The notes: a model not told the origin generated them from the letters alone. A DNA stretch of 43,861 nt from Flavobacterium sp. (GCF_043720215.1 NZ_JAYSSZ010000060.1:1-43861); one strand, 5' to 3'. Positions 1 through 10,210 are shown, counted from the first letter of the stretch. Numbers and translations are program-made.

Positions 1-83
1 CTTATACCTGACAGGTTTTTAAAAACCTGTCAGGTATAAGAAAAGATTGCAACGGATAGCCCGACCCTTTTCGGGTCACGCCC
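1..83. repeat. 3' part of a dispersed Flavobacterium structured repeat (Flavo-1-like) carrying a perfect 40-bp palindrome
   Basis: 1-40 CTTATACCTGACAGGTTTTT/AAAAACCTGTCAGGTATAAG is a perfect palindrome, followed by AAAAGATTGCAACGGATAGC and a GACCC-TTTTC-GGGTC hairpin. Probably truncated by the window edge. Family name is from recall. Confidence 0.7.
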
Positions 84-115
84 ATATTTTGTTTAAGGAA
101 ATTGTAATTAAGTAT

Positions 116-829
116 TTATGAGAAAACTTCTTTGAGAACTTCTAAGGATTTTGGTTTTTTGAAGCCGTCGAGATGAAAAGTATAATAATCGATGAGAATT
201 TTTAACAAAATTTGACGTTCGATGATATGAAAGGTTTTCTGATTATTATCGAATTTTAAATCGATGAGTTTTTTGAATAAATTAGTCTCGTGTTCTGTGA
301 GCGAACTGATGGCATGAAAAGGCGAAAAGACACCTTCGGTCATTTCGAAAAATTTATATTCGGAATTTGAAATATCTGGGTAAAATCCTAAATATTTTGT
401 GGTTTCTAGGAGCATAATGAGGTGAAAATTAGCAATCTCGTCATGAGTATCTAACCAAATCAATGCTGATTCTAAGTAAGAAAAAAGGTTTTCGTTCTTT
501 TCTTCCTCTCGAATACTATGGTGCAAAATTTCGGAAAGAAAAATGACTATCGTGCTTTTTGTAATATCCTTATTAATTGTTTGGTACGGAAATGCTAATC
601 TAATCTCATTGAAATGCTCCAGTTTGCCTTGGTTTTTATGATTGGCTTCTATCTCTAGAATTGTTAATGGCTGGAAATAAGCGATTTTCTGGTTGGATTT
701 TTTATTTGCAAAAGCGTTTCGAACGAAATAGGATTTTAACCCATCCGATTGTGTGAAACATTTTACGATAAGGCTTTTTTCTTGGTATTTTAACGTGCTA
801 AAAACAATGGCTTTGGTTTTGACTAGCAT
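116..829 (-). CDS. recO: DNA repair protein RecO
   Basis: 237 aa; N-terminal OB-fold pattern (TKAIV...KYQEKSLIVKCFT..G), YFQPL, C-terminal KSLEVLKEVF; start overlaps the porZ stop by 1 nt (TAATG). Confidence 0.95.
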   Translation of the reverse strand: MLVKTKAIVFSTLKYQEKSLIVKCFTQSDGLKSYFVRNAFANKKSNQKIAYFQPLTILEIEANHKNQGKLEHFNEIRLAFPYQTINKDITKSTIVIFLSEILHHSIREEEKNENLFSYLESALIWLDTHDEIANFHLIMLLETTKYLGFYPDISNSEYKFFEMTEGVFSPFHAISSLTEHETNLFKKLIDLKFDNNQKTFHIIERQILLKILIDYYTFHLDGFKKPKSLEVLKEVFS

Positions 830-3117
830 TATCGAACAATCATTACTTTTTTTACTTTGGTTTCTGCACCATCATCAGACGAAAGGAATATCATATAAAC
901 ACCTGAAGCTACTTTGTATTTACCAAATGCTTTTGTATCCCAAAGCATAGTTCCTCCTTCGGAAGTTCCTTCGTGAACTAAATTTCCTTCTATATCTGTG
1001 ATTTTTACATTTGACTTGTTCATAAGTCCTGAAACCGCTACATTTCCATTGAATTCAGGTCTTACAGGGTTTGGAAATACAACAACGTTTTCGAAATTTT
1101 CGGCTCCCGATGTAGCAGTTCCTTTAAAGGAAACCATTCCGCTTTCAGTAGCTATTAGGACTTCGCCTGTTTTAGTATTAATATCAATATCAGTTATAAT
1201 ATTACTTGGTAATGGAGAATTTGATTTTGTAAAAATACTGAACGTTTTTTGACCATCTGAAGAGATGTAAAATACTCCTGCATCAGCAGTTCCTATCCAT
1301 TTATTATTGGCACCATCAACTACAATATCTGTAATAAATTGTTGATACAATAGTTCCTGTGCCAGATCATCTTCAAGAATTATAATAGAATTTGTTGTTA
1401 GCTCGTTTTGGTTTAAAAATGAATCTACATTTTGTAGAATTCTTAGTCCAGCTACCGTTCCTATCCAAAGTTTGTTTTTATTATCAACTGCTACAGCACG
1501 CACATCGTTTGATGGCAGATTGCCTTCGTTTTGCCCTTCTTTGATATTTATACTTCTGTTTGAGAATTTTTCATTAAATCCTATTAATCCTTCAAAGTTT
1601 GTACAAGCCCATTTTGTTCCATTTTTGTCTATCGCTAATCTTCCAAAACTAACTGAGCCCGGAGTTGTAATAGTTGTTGGTGAATATCCTTGCCATTGAC
1701 CATCTGTTTTTAAGACATGAAGTCCCTTACTGACTAATGAATTTGTCATCCAGAGATTTCCATCATTATCGAATGCAGAACCGTTTATTCTAACATCATC
1801 TGGAACTTGTCCTGGAATTGTTTGCAAACTACTATTTGTAGCATTAAATATTGGCGCTATGGGAATATTATTTTCAAATTTTAGTAATCCTGAATAATTT
1901 GAACTAAAAAAAACTTGATTCTCGTTTTTTGGATTTATTACTATTCTAGTTATAGATTTTGCTCCAAATAAATCTTGATAAGGAGTTGTTATCCAATTAT
2001 TAGTCGAATCATATCTGCTAACTCCAAAGGAATCTAAAGGATACGGATTGTAGGAAACCGAATAATCTCCATAAACAGCCCAAAAACCATTAGAAAAAGA
2101 CTGAACTGCAAAAATTTTATTTCTATCAGGCCCGTTTGGCGTTGTGTTTTCAAAAACTGTAGGATTACTTAATGATGTTACCATGACACCATTTTCTCGT
2201 GTTCCGATATAAAGCTTATCATTTATAATTGTGGCACAAGTAAAAGTAGCTTGTGGAAAATTGGAAATACTTGTTACATGTACAATCTCTGTTAATGATG
2301 AGTTATATACATAAACATGATTTTGCGAGGTTATAACTAAATAGCCATTATTGTGTCTTGTATCTAAAGGGATTTGAGGATAAGTAGTTACTAAAACAGG
2401 AATGTCACTAACTATATTGTATAGCGCTCCAGCTAGAGTTACGCCTGTTAGTCCAGTTTCTGTAGCCTCTACACTTAGCCAATTTGTTGCAGAAACCATT
2501 GACCATTGATTAAAATCTATCAGGTTTGGATTTGTAGCTAAAGCTTTTATTAATCCGTAACCATTAGCAACTGCATATATAAATCCGTTATAAACTGTAG
2601 TTTGCAAAATTTCGATATTGGATCCGCCAGGCCCAATAAAAAAAGTATCTCCAAATTCAAGAAGATTCAAATCATATACTGAAATTCCAAAATCTGTCGA
2701 AATATATACCTTTCCGTTGCGCTCCATAAAATGGTTTATCTTCTTTTTGTTGGGTGGAACTGACGGTTTATTTAATATATCAACTACATTAAGCATTGTT
2801 CCATCAGTATCATTTACAACAATTAGTAATCCGTCATTATGACCAATAATTGTCTTTTTGTACGTTTCGCTATGATAAATTTGTGAAATATTTTGCCCTG
2901 AAAGCCCTTCAATTGTACTAACTGTCGCTATTTCGTTAGTGGTTATGTCTCTCTTAAAATAGGCGTTTTCTGCCGCAGCATAAACTTGAGTCGAACTTTG
3001 CGAAATATCTTTAATTGCATTATACGAAAAATAACCTTTCCACAACTTGTTGTTTTGTGAATGCCCAAAAAATGATACCAATACTAATATTGTATATACA
3101 AAACCTTTGTTTTTCAT
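829..3117 (-). CDS. porZ: Type IX secretion system protein PorZ (beta-propeller protein with C-terminal CTD)
   Basis: Signal peptide, repeated propeller motifs (D..GNLW, DKNGTKW, DGANNKWIGT), CTD 'VVFPNPVRP...SGVYMI...VKKVMIVR', coupled to recO. Start moved from 3135 to ATG 3117 because a promoter box sits at 3138-3145. Confidence 0.88.
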   Translation of the reverse strand: MKNKGFVYTILVLVSFFGHSQNNKLWKGYFSYNAIKDISQSSTQVYAAAENAYFKRDITTNEIATVSTIEGLSGQNISQIYHSETYKKTIIGHNDGLLIVVNDTDGTMLNVVDILNKPSVPPNKKKINHFMERNGKVYISTDFGISVYDLNLLEFGDTFFIGPGGSNIEILQTTVYNGFIYAVANGYGLIKALATNPNLIDFNQWSMVSATNWLSVEATETGLTGVTLAGALYNIVSDIPVLVTTYPQIPLDTRHNNGYLVITSQNHVYVYNSSLTEIVHVTSISNFPQATFTCATIINDKLYIGTRENGVMVTSLSNPTVFENTTPNGPDRNKIFAVQSFSNGFWAVYGDYSVSYNPYPLDSFGVSRYDSTNNWITTPYQDLFGAKSITRIVINPKNENQVFFSSNYSGLLKFENNIPIAPIFNATNSSLQTIPGQVPDDVRINGSAFDNDGNLWMTNSLVSKGLHVLKTDGQWQGYSPTTITTPGSVSFGRLAIDKNGTKWACTNFEGLIGFNEKFSNRSINIKEGQNEGNLPSNDVRAVAVDNKNKLWIGTVAGLRILQNVDSFLNQNELTTNSIIILEDDLAQELLYQQFITDIVVDGANNKWIGTADAGVFYISSDGQKTFSIFTKSNSPLPSNIITDIDINTKTGEVLIATESGMVSFKGTATSGAENFENVVVFPNPVRPEFNGNVAVSGLMNKSNVKITDIEGNLVHEGTSEGGTMLWDTKAFGKYKVASGVYMIFLSSDDGAETKVKKVMIVR

Positions 3118-3137
3118 GTAAAAAAAATTAACCATTA

Positions 3138-3145
3138 CAAATATA
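3138..3145 (-). promoter_or_regulatory. Bacteroidota sigma-A -7 box for porZ-recO
   Basis: Minus strand TATATTTG matches TAnnTTTG. Confidence 0.65.
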
Positions 3146-3187
3146 GGATAAAAACGATTTTATTTAGGTTTTAATATATTTGTGTAT

Positions 3188-3218
3188 AAAAAAAGTGTTC
3201 GCTTTAACGAACACTTTT
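3188..3218 (-). terminator. Intrinsic terminator of gdhA
   Basis: AAAAGTGTTCG-ctttaa-CGAACACTTTT stem with A/T tails, just downstream of the gdhA stop. Confidence 0.85.
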
Positions 3219-3245
3219 GTTTTTATTATAAAAAAATTAAAGTAA

Positions 3246-4592
<1,347 letters not shown>

Positions 4593-4611
4593 TTATAGAT
4601 TATGAACGTTT

Positions 4612-4629
4612 AATGAAAACGTTTTCGTT
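4612..4629. promoter_or_regulatory. LacI/GalR-type palindromic operator in the gdhA leader
   Basis: Perfect GAAAACGTTTTC at 4615-4626 (AAT..GTT flanks), between the -7 box (4638-4645) and the gdhA start. Confidence 0.6.
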
Positions 4630-4637
4630 ACGAACAG

Positions 4638-4645
4638 CAAATATA
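4638..4645 (-). promoter_or_regulatory. -7 box for gdhA
   Basis: Minus strand TATATTTG. Confidence 0.65.
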
Positions 4646-4748
4646 CATTTTATAAAAATATAGCCAAGAAAATTTTAAATTAAACTCTAGTTAGAATTTA
4701 AAAATATAAAAAAAAACGTTTTTTTTTTTGAAGTCTTTGATGTTTTTA

Positions 4749-4756
4749 TATATTTG
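4749..4756 (+). promoter_or_regulatory. -7 box for the 4783 gene
   Basis: TATATTTG with TTTG at 4727-4730 (18-nt spacer). Confidence 0.6.
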
Positions 4757-4782
4757 TCTGATAATGTATTAAATCCTTAATC

Positions 4783-5598
4783 ATGCCCAAATTATTTAGC
4801 TTAATCGTTTTACTCCTTTTAGGATCTATCAACTCGCTACATGCTCAGTTTGGTTTCTCTCACGAAGTAGGTGTAATTGCAGGTCCCGTTGCATTTCAAT
4901 CAGATTACGGGCAACGTAGAGATTTAAAAACTAATGCGGGAAATACTGGAATTGGCATTGGTTTAATTCACTATCTTAACTTTTCTTACAGAGCAGATTG
5001 TAACTGTTATACTCCTGAGACCTATTTTAATGATCATTTTAAATTAAGAAGTGAGATTTCTTATAACAAAACTAAGTTAAATCATTTTGGAGAATGGGTT
5101 ACTCCTGAAAGAGTAGCAAGAAATGAAGAAGCTAAAAAACTAAAAGCGATGGAAGGAAGTACTTCTGTTACTGATATTGGTATGCAATTAGAATATTATC
5201 CTTGGAGTATTCGTGATTTTACTGCTACTGATGGTGCTTTTGCTCCATTTATTAGTTTGGGTGGTCACTTTAGTTTTTATAATCCAGAGGTTACCACTTC
5301 TTATGGAAATGGAAAACTAATAGAAGCAAATGTTTTTTCTCCTAAATATTGGGTCCCATCTGATGGAGAAGCACATGGATTTACGAATAATGGAGGAAGT
5401 GTTTGGTCTGTTGTATCAAGTGTGGGTTCTAGATATAAATTAAGTCCACTTTCTGATTTAATCCTTGATTTACGTGTACAATATTATTTTTCTAACTGGG
5501 TTGATGGCTTAAACCCTGATCCAACAATATATAAAGAAAACAAAGCAAACGATTGGAATGTTTGGCTAAACTTTGGATATATTTATTATTTAGATTAA
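4783..5598 (+). CDS. Outer-membrane beta-barrel-like protein (THC0290_0291/DUF6089-like)
   Basis: 271 aa; signal peptide ending LHA-Q, alternating amphipathic strands, aromatic C-terminus FGYIYYLD, DCNC motif; divergent from gdhA. Confidence 0.7.
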   Translation: MPKLFSLIVLLLLGSINSLHAQFGFSHEVGVIAGPVAFQSDYGQRRDLKTNAGNTGIGIGLIHYLNFSYRADCNCYTPETYFNDHFKLRSEISYNKTKLNHFGEWVTPERVARNEEAKKLKAMEGSTSVTDIGMQLEYYPWSIRDFTATDGAFAPFISLGGHFSFYNPEVTTSYGNGKLIEANVFSPKYWVPSDGEAHGFTNNGGSVWSVVSSVGSRYKLSPLSDLILDLRVQYYFSNWVDGLNPDPTIYKENKANDWNVWLNFGYIYYLD

Positions 5599-5622
5599 AA
5601 ATATTTCTAATTCAAAATATAT

Positions 5623-5652
5623 AAAAAGAGCTGTAATAGCTCTTTTTTTTTG
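5623..5652. terminator. Bidirectional intrinsic terminator
   Basis: AAAAAGAGCT-gtaat-AGCTCTTTTTTTT between convergent genes. Confidence 0.85.
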
Positions 5653-5828
5653 GTTAAAACACTTTTTTTAACATCGGATTTTTAGTAACTATTCTCAATA
5701 ATTGTTTGGAATAGTCACAATAAAAACGAATTGTTAGTTAGATTTTATAGAAAATAGTGGTTACCACAAAGCAAGTATCCAAAAAAATAGTATGAAGTTA
5801 TAATAGATGTAACTGTTTTATGAATAAC

Positions 5829-6983
5829 TTACAAACTCAACAACACAGAAACCGCATTTCCGCCAAAACCTACTGCGTTAACTAATACTTTACGAATTTG
5901 TTTTTTTTCTGTTTGCGTTTCTGCAAAAGGAACTCCAATAAACTGATTGTGTTGTATCATTAGAATCGCCAACTCAACACTTAACATACCAGATGCTCCA
6001 AAAGTGTGTCCAATCTTCCATTTATTTGTGGTGAGCATTGGCAAATTTTTACCAAATACTTTTTGAATAGCTTTATATTCTGACAAATCGCCTTTTACCG
6101 TTCCTGGCGCATGCATTACAATGGCATCCACTTCTGATAGATTAGTATTTTGCAACGTCATTTTCATCGATTTCTGGAAGCAATCTGCTTCGGTAGAAAT
6201 AGATATTCCGTGTTCTAAAATATCCGTAGCATAACCTACTCCTTCTACATAAGCCAAAGCTTTTTTGCTTTCGCCAATTTCTAAACAAATCACAGCAGCA
6301 CCTTCGCCAAGAACCATGCTGTTTTTGGTTTTATGTAAATCGAAAGCGCGGCATTTATACTCATTTTCTTCTTTCGAATAAATTTTTAAAGCCTGCATTT
6401 GTGCAATGGTAAATGGTGTAAGTGGCGCTTCGCTTCCGCCAACGAGAAATTTATCGGCCATTCCCGCTCGAAGCCAAGCTACTCCATTTAGCAAAGCATG
6501 CAAAGCTGTAGAACAAGTTATAGAATGTGATATTTCTGGTCCAGAATTTTTTAAATCGTGCGCAATCCAAGAAGAAATATTACCTAAAGTTGTGGTTGGA
6601 GAGGCTAATGTTCCTGTTTTTCCAGTTTCGATAAATTCTTGGTGGTGTTTTTCGAATAAATCGGTGGCACCACGTGAAGAACCAATATTAATTCCGAAAA
6701 TATCATTTTGTGTCCAACCAGCATTTTCAACTGCCTGACGAGAAGCCAAAATCGCATATAAAACGGAATTATCTAATGATTTGTATTTATTGTCCGATGC
6801 TTTTAGTTCTTCAACCTCCTTTTTTAATTCTTCCGAAATAGTGGCTACGGGAATTATTTGGTTACCAATTTGTTTTTCGGAAATTAACGAAGTTTCCTTT
6901 AGATATGCTGACCAAATTAACTCGGGTTGATTACCTAATGGGGAAAAAGAAGAAAAGGCGGTTATGGCTATTTTAGTTTGCAT
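5829..6983 (-). CDS. Beta-ketoacyl-[ACP] synthase, FabF/FabB-like, in the biotin operon
   Basis: 384 aa; Cys-His-His triad (SITCST, MHAPGT, KIGHTFG), LGEGAA, NAVGFGG; 65 bp downstream of bioA on the same strand. Confidence 0.9.
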   Translation of the reverse strand: MQTKIAITAFSSFSPLGNQPELIWSAYLKETSLISEKQIGNQIIPVATISEELKKEVEELKASDNKYKSLDNSVLYAILASRQAVENAGWTQNDIFGINIGSSRGATDLFEKHHQEFIETGKTGTLASPTTTLGNISSWIAHDLKNSGPEISHSITCSTALHALLNGVAWLRAGMADKFLVGGSEAPLTPFTIAQMQALKIYSKEENEYKCRAFDLHKTKNSMVLGEGAAVICLEIGESKKALAYVEGVGYATDILEHGISISTEADCFQKSMKMTLQNTNLSEVDAIVMHAPGTVKGDLSEYKAIQKVFGKNLPMLTTNKWKIGHTFGASGMLSVELAILMIQHNQFIGVPFAETQTEKKQIRKVLVNAVGFGGNAVSVLLSL

Positions 6984-6991
6984 TAGTATGG

Positions 6992-7023
6992 AACGCGGAT
7001 AAAACGGATTTACAAACGCGGAT
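6992..7023. repeat. Short AACGCGGAT/AACGGAT repeat between bioA and the KAS gene
   Basis: AACGCGGAT at 6992-7000 and 7015-7023, AACGGAT at 7003-7009. Confidence 0.6.
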
Positions 7024-7048
7024 TTTATATATTTATAATAATGTAAAA

Positions 7049-8320
7049 TTAGACTATTTCAAGGGCATTTTCTATAGTTCGATATACTTTTTGCAATTGC
7101 TCGTTTGTAATAACATAAGGAGGTAAAATATAAACTATATTTCCTACTGGTCGGAGAATTATTCCGTTTTCGATAAAGAAATTATAGAGTTTGTTACGAA
7201 GGTTACCGTAATACGATTCTTGGTTATCGGTTTTAATTTCTAAAGCAAAAATCACACCAAGTACTCTTGTTGTTTTTACTTTCGCGTGTTGTTTTATATT
7301 TTGTTGAAATTGTAAATGTTGTTTATTTACTCTTTCAATATTTTCTTGCATTTCATCAGATTTCAGCAATTGTATACTTGCCAAAGCAGCCGCACAACCC
7401 GTTGGATTTGCCGTAAAGGTATGACCGTGAAACAAGGCTTTATTTACATCGTCGTCATAAAAACCATCGAAAATTTCTTGGGTAAATGTGGTAATCGCCA
7501 TAGGAATTGCCCCACCAGTTAAGGCTTTAGACAAACACATCATATCTGGTTTTTCTTCTAGATGATTGCAAGCGAAAGTCTTTCCTGTTTTTCCAAAACC
7601 TGTCATCACTTCGTCGGCAATAGTGAAAACTTGATTTTCTTTGCAGATTTTTATTAATTTATCTAATTCCGACCCTTCATACATAACCATTCCTGCTGCT
7701 CCTTGAACCAGTGGTTCGAAAATAAAAGCGGCACAATCATATTCTTTTATGGCTTTCGCCAAAGCGTCTAAACTTGCTTTTTCATGACCAATAGTTGGAA
7801 CAGGAATTCGAACTACTTGAATTAACGATCCTTTGAATGCTTCTGTAAAAAACGAAATACCACTCGCTGCCATTGCTCCAAAAGTATCACCATGAAAAGC
7901 ATTTTCGAAAGCAATTATTGTGGTTCGTTTTTCGTTTTTATTATAAAAATATTGCATCGCCACTTTTATAGCGATCTCAACCGCTGTGGAACCATTATCA
8001 GAATAAAAGATTTTTTGTTGGTTATTAGGTAAAATCTCTATTAATTTTTCTGATAACAAAACAGCGGGTTCATGTGTGAATCCGCCAAACAAAACATGTT
8101 CTAAAGTGGTGAGTTGTTTGTAAATGGCATCGGCAATGTATTTATTTGAATGTCCGTATGGATTAACCCACCAAGAAGCAATTGCATCGATGTATTCTTT
8201 GTTGTTTTCGTCCCATAATAATGCGCCTTCTCCTCTTGTAATTGCAATTTCGGGTTGTGAAATTTTATGTTGAGTATATGGATGCCAATTGTGTTTTTGA
8301 TCTCTTTCGGAAAGGTTCAT
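7049..8320 (-). CDS. bioA: Adenosylmethionine-8-amino-7-oxononanoate transaminase
   Basis: 423 aa; WHPYTQ, DAIASWW, NGSTAVE, FHGDT, EPLVQGA.GM, IADEV.TGFG, SK.LTGG, HGHTF..NP. Confidence 0.97.
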   Translation of the reverse strand: MNLSERDQKHNWHPYTQHKISQPEIAITRGEGALLWDENNKEYIDAIASWWVNPYGHSNKYIADAIYKQLTTLEHVLFGGFTHEPAVLLSEKLIEILPNNQQKIFYSDNGSTAVEIAIKVAMQYFYNKNEKRTTIIAFENAFHGDTFGAMAASGISFFTEAFKGSLIQVVRIPVPTIGHEKASLDALAKAIKEYDCAAFIFEPLVQGAAGMVMYEGSELDKLIKICKENQVFTIADEVMTGFGKTGKTFACNHLEEKPDMMCLSKALTGGAIPMAITTFTQEIFDGFYDDDVNKALFHGHTFTANPTGCAAALASIQLLKSDEMQENIERVNKQHLQFQQNIKQHAKVKTTRVLGVIFALEIKTDNQESYYGNLRNKLYNFFIENGIILRPVGNIVYILPPYVITNEQLQKVYRTIENALEIV

Positions 8321-8339
8321 TTAGTGAAAATTTATTTGA

Positions 8340-8347
8340 CAAAGATA
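8340..8347 (-). promoter_or_regulatory. Internal -7 box upstream of bioA
   Basis: Minus strand TATCTTTG in the bioD-bioA gap. Confidence 0.55.
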
Positions 8348-8379
8348 CATGAAGAAAAATACAGAGTTTCATAAAGGTT

Positions 8380-9012
8380 TTATAAATTTAGAAGGTTTTC
8401 GCGAAAAATATCGGCATATTCTAAGATTACATTTTTATCGAAATAAGGCTCTTCGTTTATTCTCCCAATAAGTTTTACACCTGTTTTTGACAAAATAATT
8501 TCTTCTGTCGATTTATTTTCATTGCCAGAAAAAATGATTCCTGCAATAGTTATTTTTCTATTTTGTAAAGCTTCGATTGTAAGCAATGTATGGTTGATAC
8601 TTCCTAGATAATGGCGAGAAACGACAATGACTTTGTAATCTGGTTTAATTAAATCGATAACACAATCGGTTTCATTTAATGGAACGAAAAGTCCACCAGC
8701 ACCTTCAACTACAAGATGGTTTTTATCCCGATAGCTATCGGGAGAAGGTTCTGTTATTTTTTTTAAATCGATCGTTATTCCGTCAATTTCTGCAGCAAGA
8801 TGTGGACTGGCTGGTGTATTGAGTTTATAACTGTTTTCGTAAATTACCGTTTTTTTATTTGAGACATATAACTCGATTTTATGACTATCCGAGTTGTCTA
8901 AATCTCCTGCTTGAATGGGCTTCCAGTAATCAGCTTCTAATGCTTCGACTACAATTGATGAGGCAATGGTTTTTCCAACATCGGTTGATATTCCTGTTAT
9001 AAATAGTTTCAT
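8380..9012 (-). CDS. bioD: Dethiobiotin synthase
   Basis: 210 aa; FITGISTDVGKT P-loop, WKPIQAG, SPHLAA, VEGAGG, LGSINHTLL. Confidence 0.97.
   Translation of the reverse strand: MKLFITGISTDVGKTIASSIVVEALEADYWKPIQAGDLDNSDSHKIELYVSNKKTVIYENSYKLNTPASPHLAAEIDGITIDLKKITEPSPDSYRDKNHLVVEGAGGLFVPLNETDCVIDLIKPDYKVIVVSRHYLGSINHTLLTIEALQNRKITIAGIIFSGNENKSTEEIILSKTGVKLIGRINEEPYFDKNVILEYADIFRENLLNL
8726..8743. repeat. 18-bp perfect palindrome inside bioD
   Basis: TCCCGATAGCTATCGGGA, self-complementary and GC-rich; lies in the SPDSYRD segment of BioD. Confidence 0.75.
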
Positions 9013-9051
9013 TTTTTTAGTTTTATAATCCTGTCAGGATTTGAATTTTAT

Positions 9052-10197
9052 TTAAAACACAAAGTTACTTAACAAACGCAACACTTCCGAAATTTTTTCT
9101 TTAGAATTATAACTGTGCAAACAAATACGCAATCGTTCTTGACCTTCAGGAACTGTTGGCGAAAGTATTGCTTTTACATCAAATCCTTTTTCTTGTATTT
9201 GTTTGGCTATATTTTTTACGTTTTGATTTCCTGGAATAATAGCAGATTGTATTGCCGATTTGCTTCTCACAAACATTGGTTTCAATCCTAATATTTGCTT
9301 TTCTTGATTAAAATGAATGATGTTTTCTCGAAGTTTATCAATTTGTTTTGTATTGGCTTCCAGTTCCTGATAAGCTACTAAAATCGTCGCAACAGAATGT
9401 GGAGAAAGTCCTGTCGTATAAATAAAACTTCGTGCAAAATTAACTAAATACTCTTTGAGATTCTGGCTCCCTAAAATAGCGGCGCCGTGACAACCTAATC
9501 CTTTTCCGAAAGTCATGATTCTGGCAAACACTTTGTTTTGCAATTGTAATTCTTGTACTAATCCTTGACCTTTTACTCCAAAAACGCCTAAAGCATGTGC
9601 TTCATCTATCACTAAATTGCAATTGTATTTTTCAGATAATTGTGCTAGTTCTTCTAAATTTGGACAATCGCCATCCATAGAAAAAACGCTTTCGGTAACA
9701 ATATACACTTCGACAAGTTCAGTTTGATATTTAAAAATTAATTTTTCTAAATCTTCAAAATCATTGTGTTTGAATTTATACGATTTTGCATTGGATAATT
9801 GAATTCCGTCACGAATAGACGCATGACACAATTCATCAAACAAAATAATATCATTTCGTTGCGGAACTGCGCTAAAAAAGCCAACATTGGCATCATATCC
9901 CGAATTGAAAATTAAAGCCTTTTCTGATTGATGAAAACCAGCAATAAAATCTTCTGTTTCTTGATATAAATGATGATTCCCTGAAAGCAATCGAGATCCT
10001 GTTGCTCCGTTTATTTTACTATTTCTATCGAGTAAAAGTTGGTGTGTTTTATCAAAAATTGATTCTGAATGAGCAAATCCTAAATAATCATTGGAAGCAA
10101 AATCGATTAAATTATTAATTAAAGGCAAACTTCGTAAAGCATTATTTTGTTTACGTTGTTCTAGTTTTATTAAAAGTGATTTTGGTAAAATTCTCAT
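9052..10197 (-). CDS. bioF: 8-amino-7-oxononanoate synthase
   Basis: 381 aa; DFASNDYLG, GSRLLSG, HASIRDG, ESVFSMDGD, DEAHA.G, TFGK (PLP lysine), PTVP.G..RLR. Confidence 0.95.
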   Translation of the reverse strand: MRILPKSLLIKLEQRKQNNALRSLPLINNLIDFASNDYLGFAHSESIFDKTHQLLLDRNSKINGATGSRLLSGNHHLYQETEDFIAGFHQSEKALIFNSGYDANVGFFSAVPQRNDIILFDELCHASIRDGIQLSNAKSYKFKHNDFEDLEKLIFKYQTELVEVYIVTESVFSMDGDCPNLEELAQLSEKYNCNLVIDEAHALGVFGVKGQGLVQELQLQNKVFARIMTFGKGLGCHGAAILGSQNLKEYLVNFARSFIYTTGLSPHSVATILVAYQELEANTKQIDKLRENIIHFNQEKQILGLKPMFVRSKSAIQSAIIPGNQNVKNIAKQIQEKGFDVKAILSPTVPEGQERLRICLHSYNSKEKISEVLRLLSNFVF

Positions 10198-10202
10198 GCA
10201 AA

Positions 10203-10210
10203 CAAAGGTA
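10203..10210 (-). promoter_or_regulatory. -7 box of the bio operon (possibly leaderless bioF)
   Basis: Minus strand TACCTTTG, 5 nt before the ATG. Confidence 0.65.

Noticed and set aside
3175-3182. Plus-strand TATATTTG pointing into the gdhA terminator (possible tiny or antisense RNA)
   Set aside because: No downstream gene, and such an octamer is easily produced by chance in very AT-rich DNA.
5653-5828. Gap after the KAS gene, checked for a bioB remnant or small RNA
   Set aside because: No bioB-like coding remnant or convincing structure was seen.
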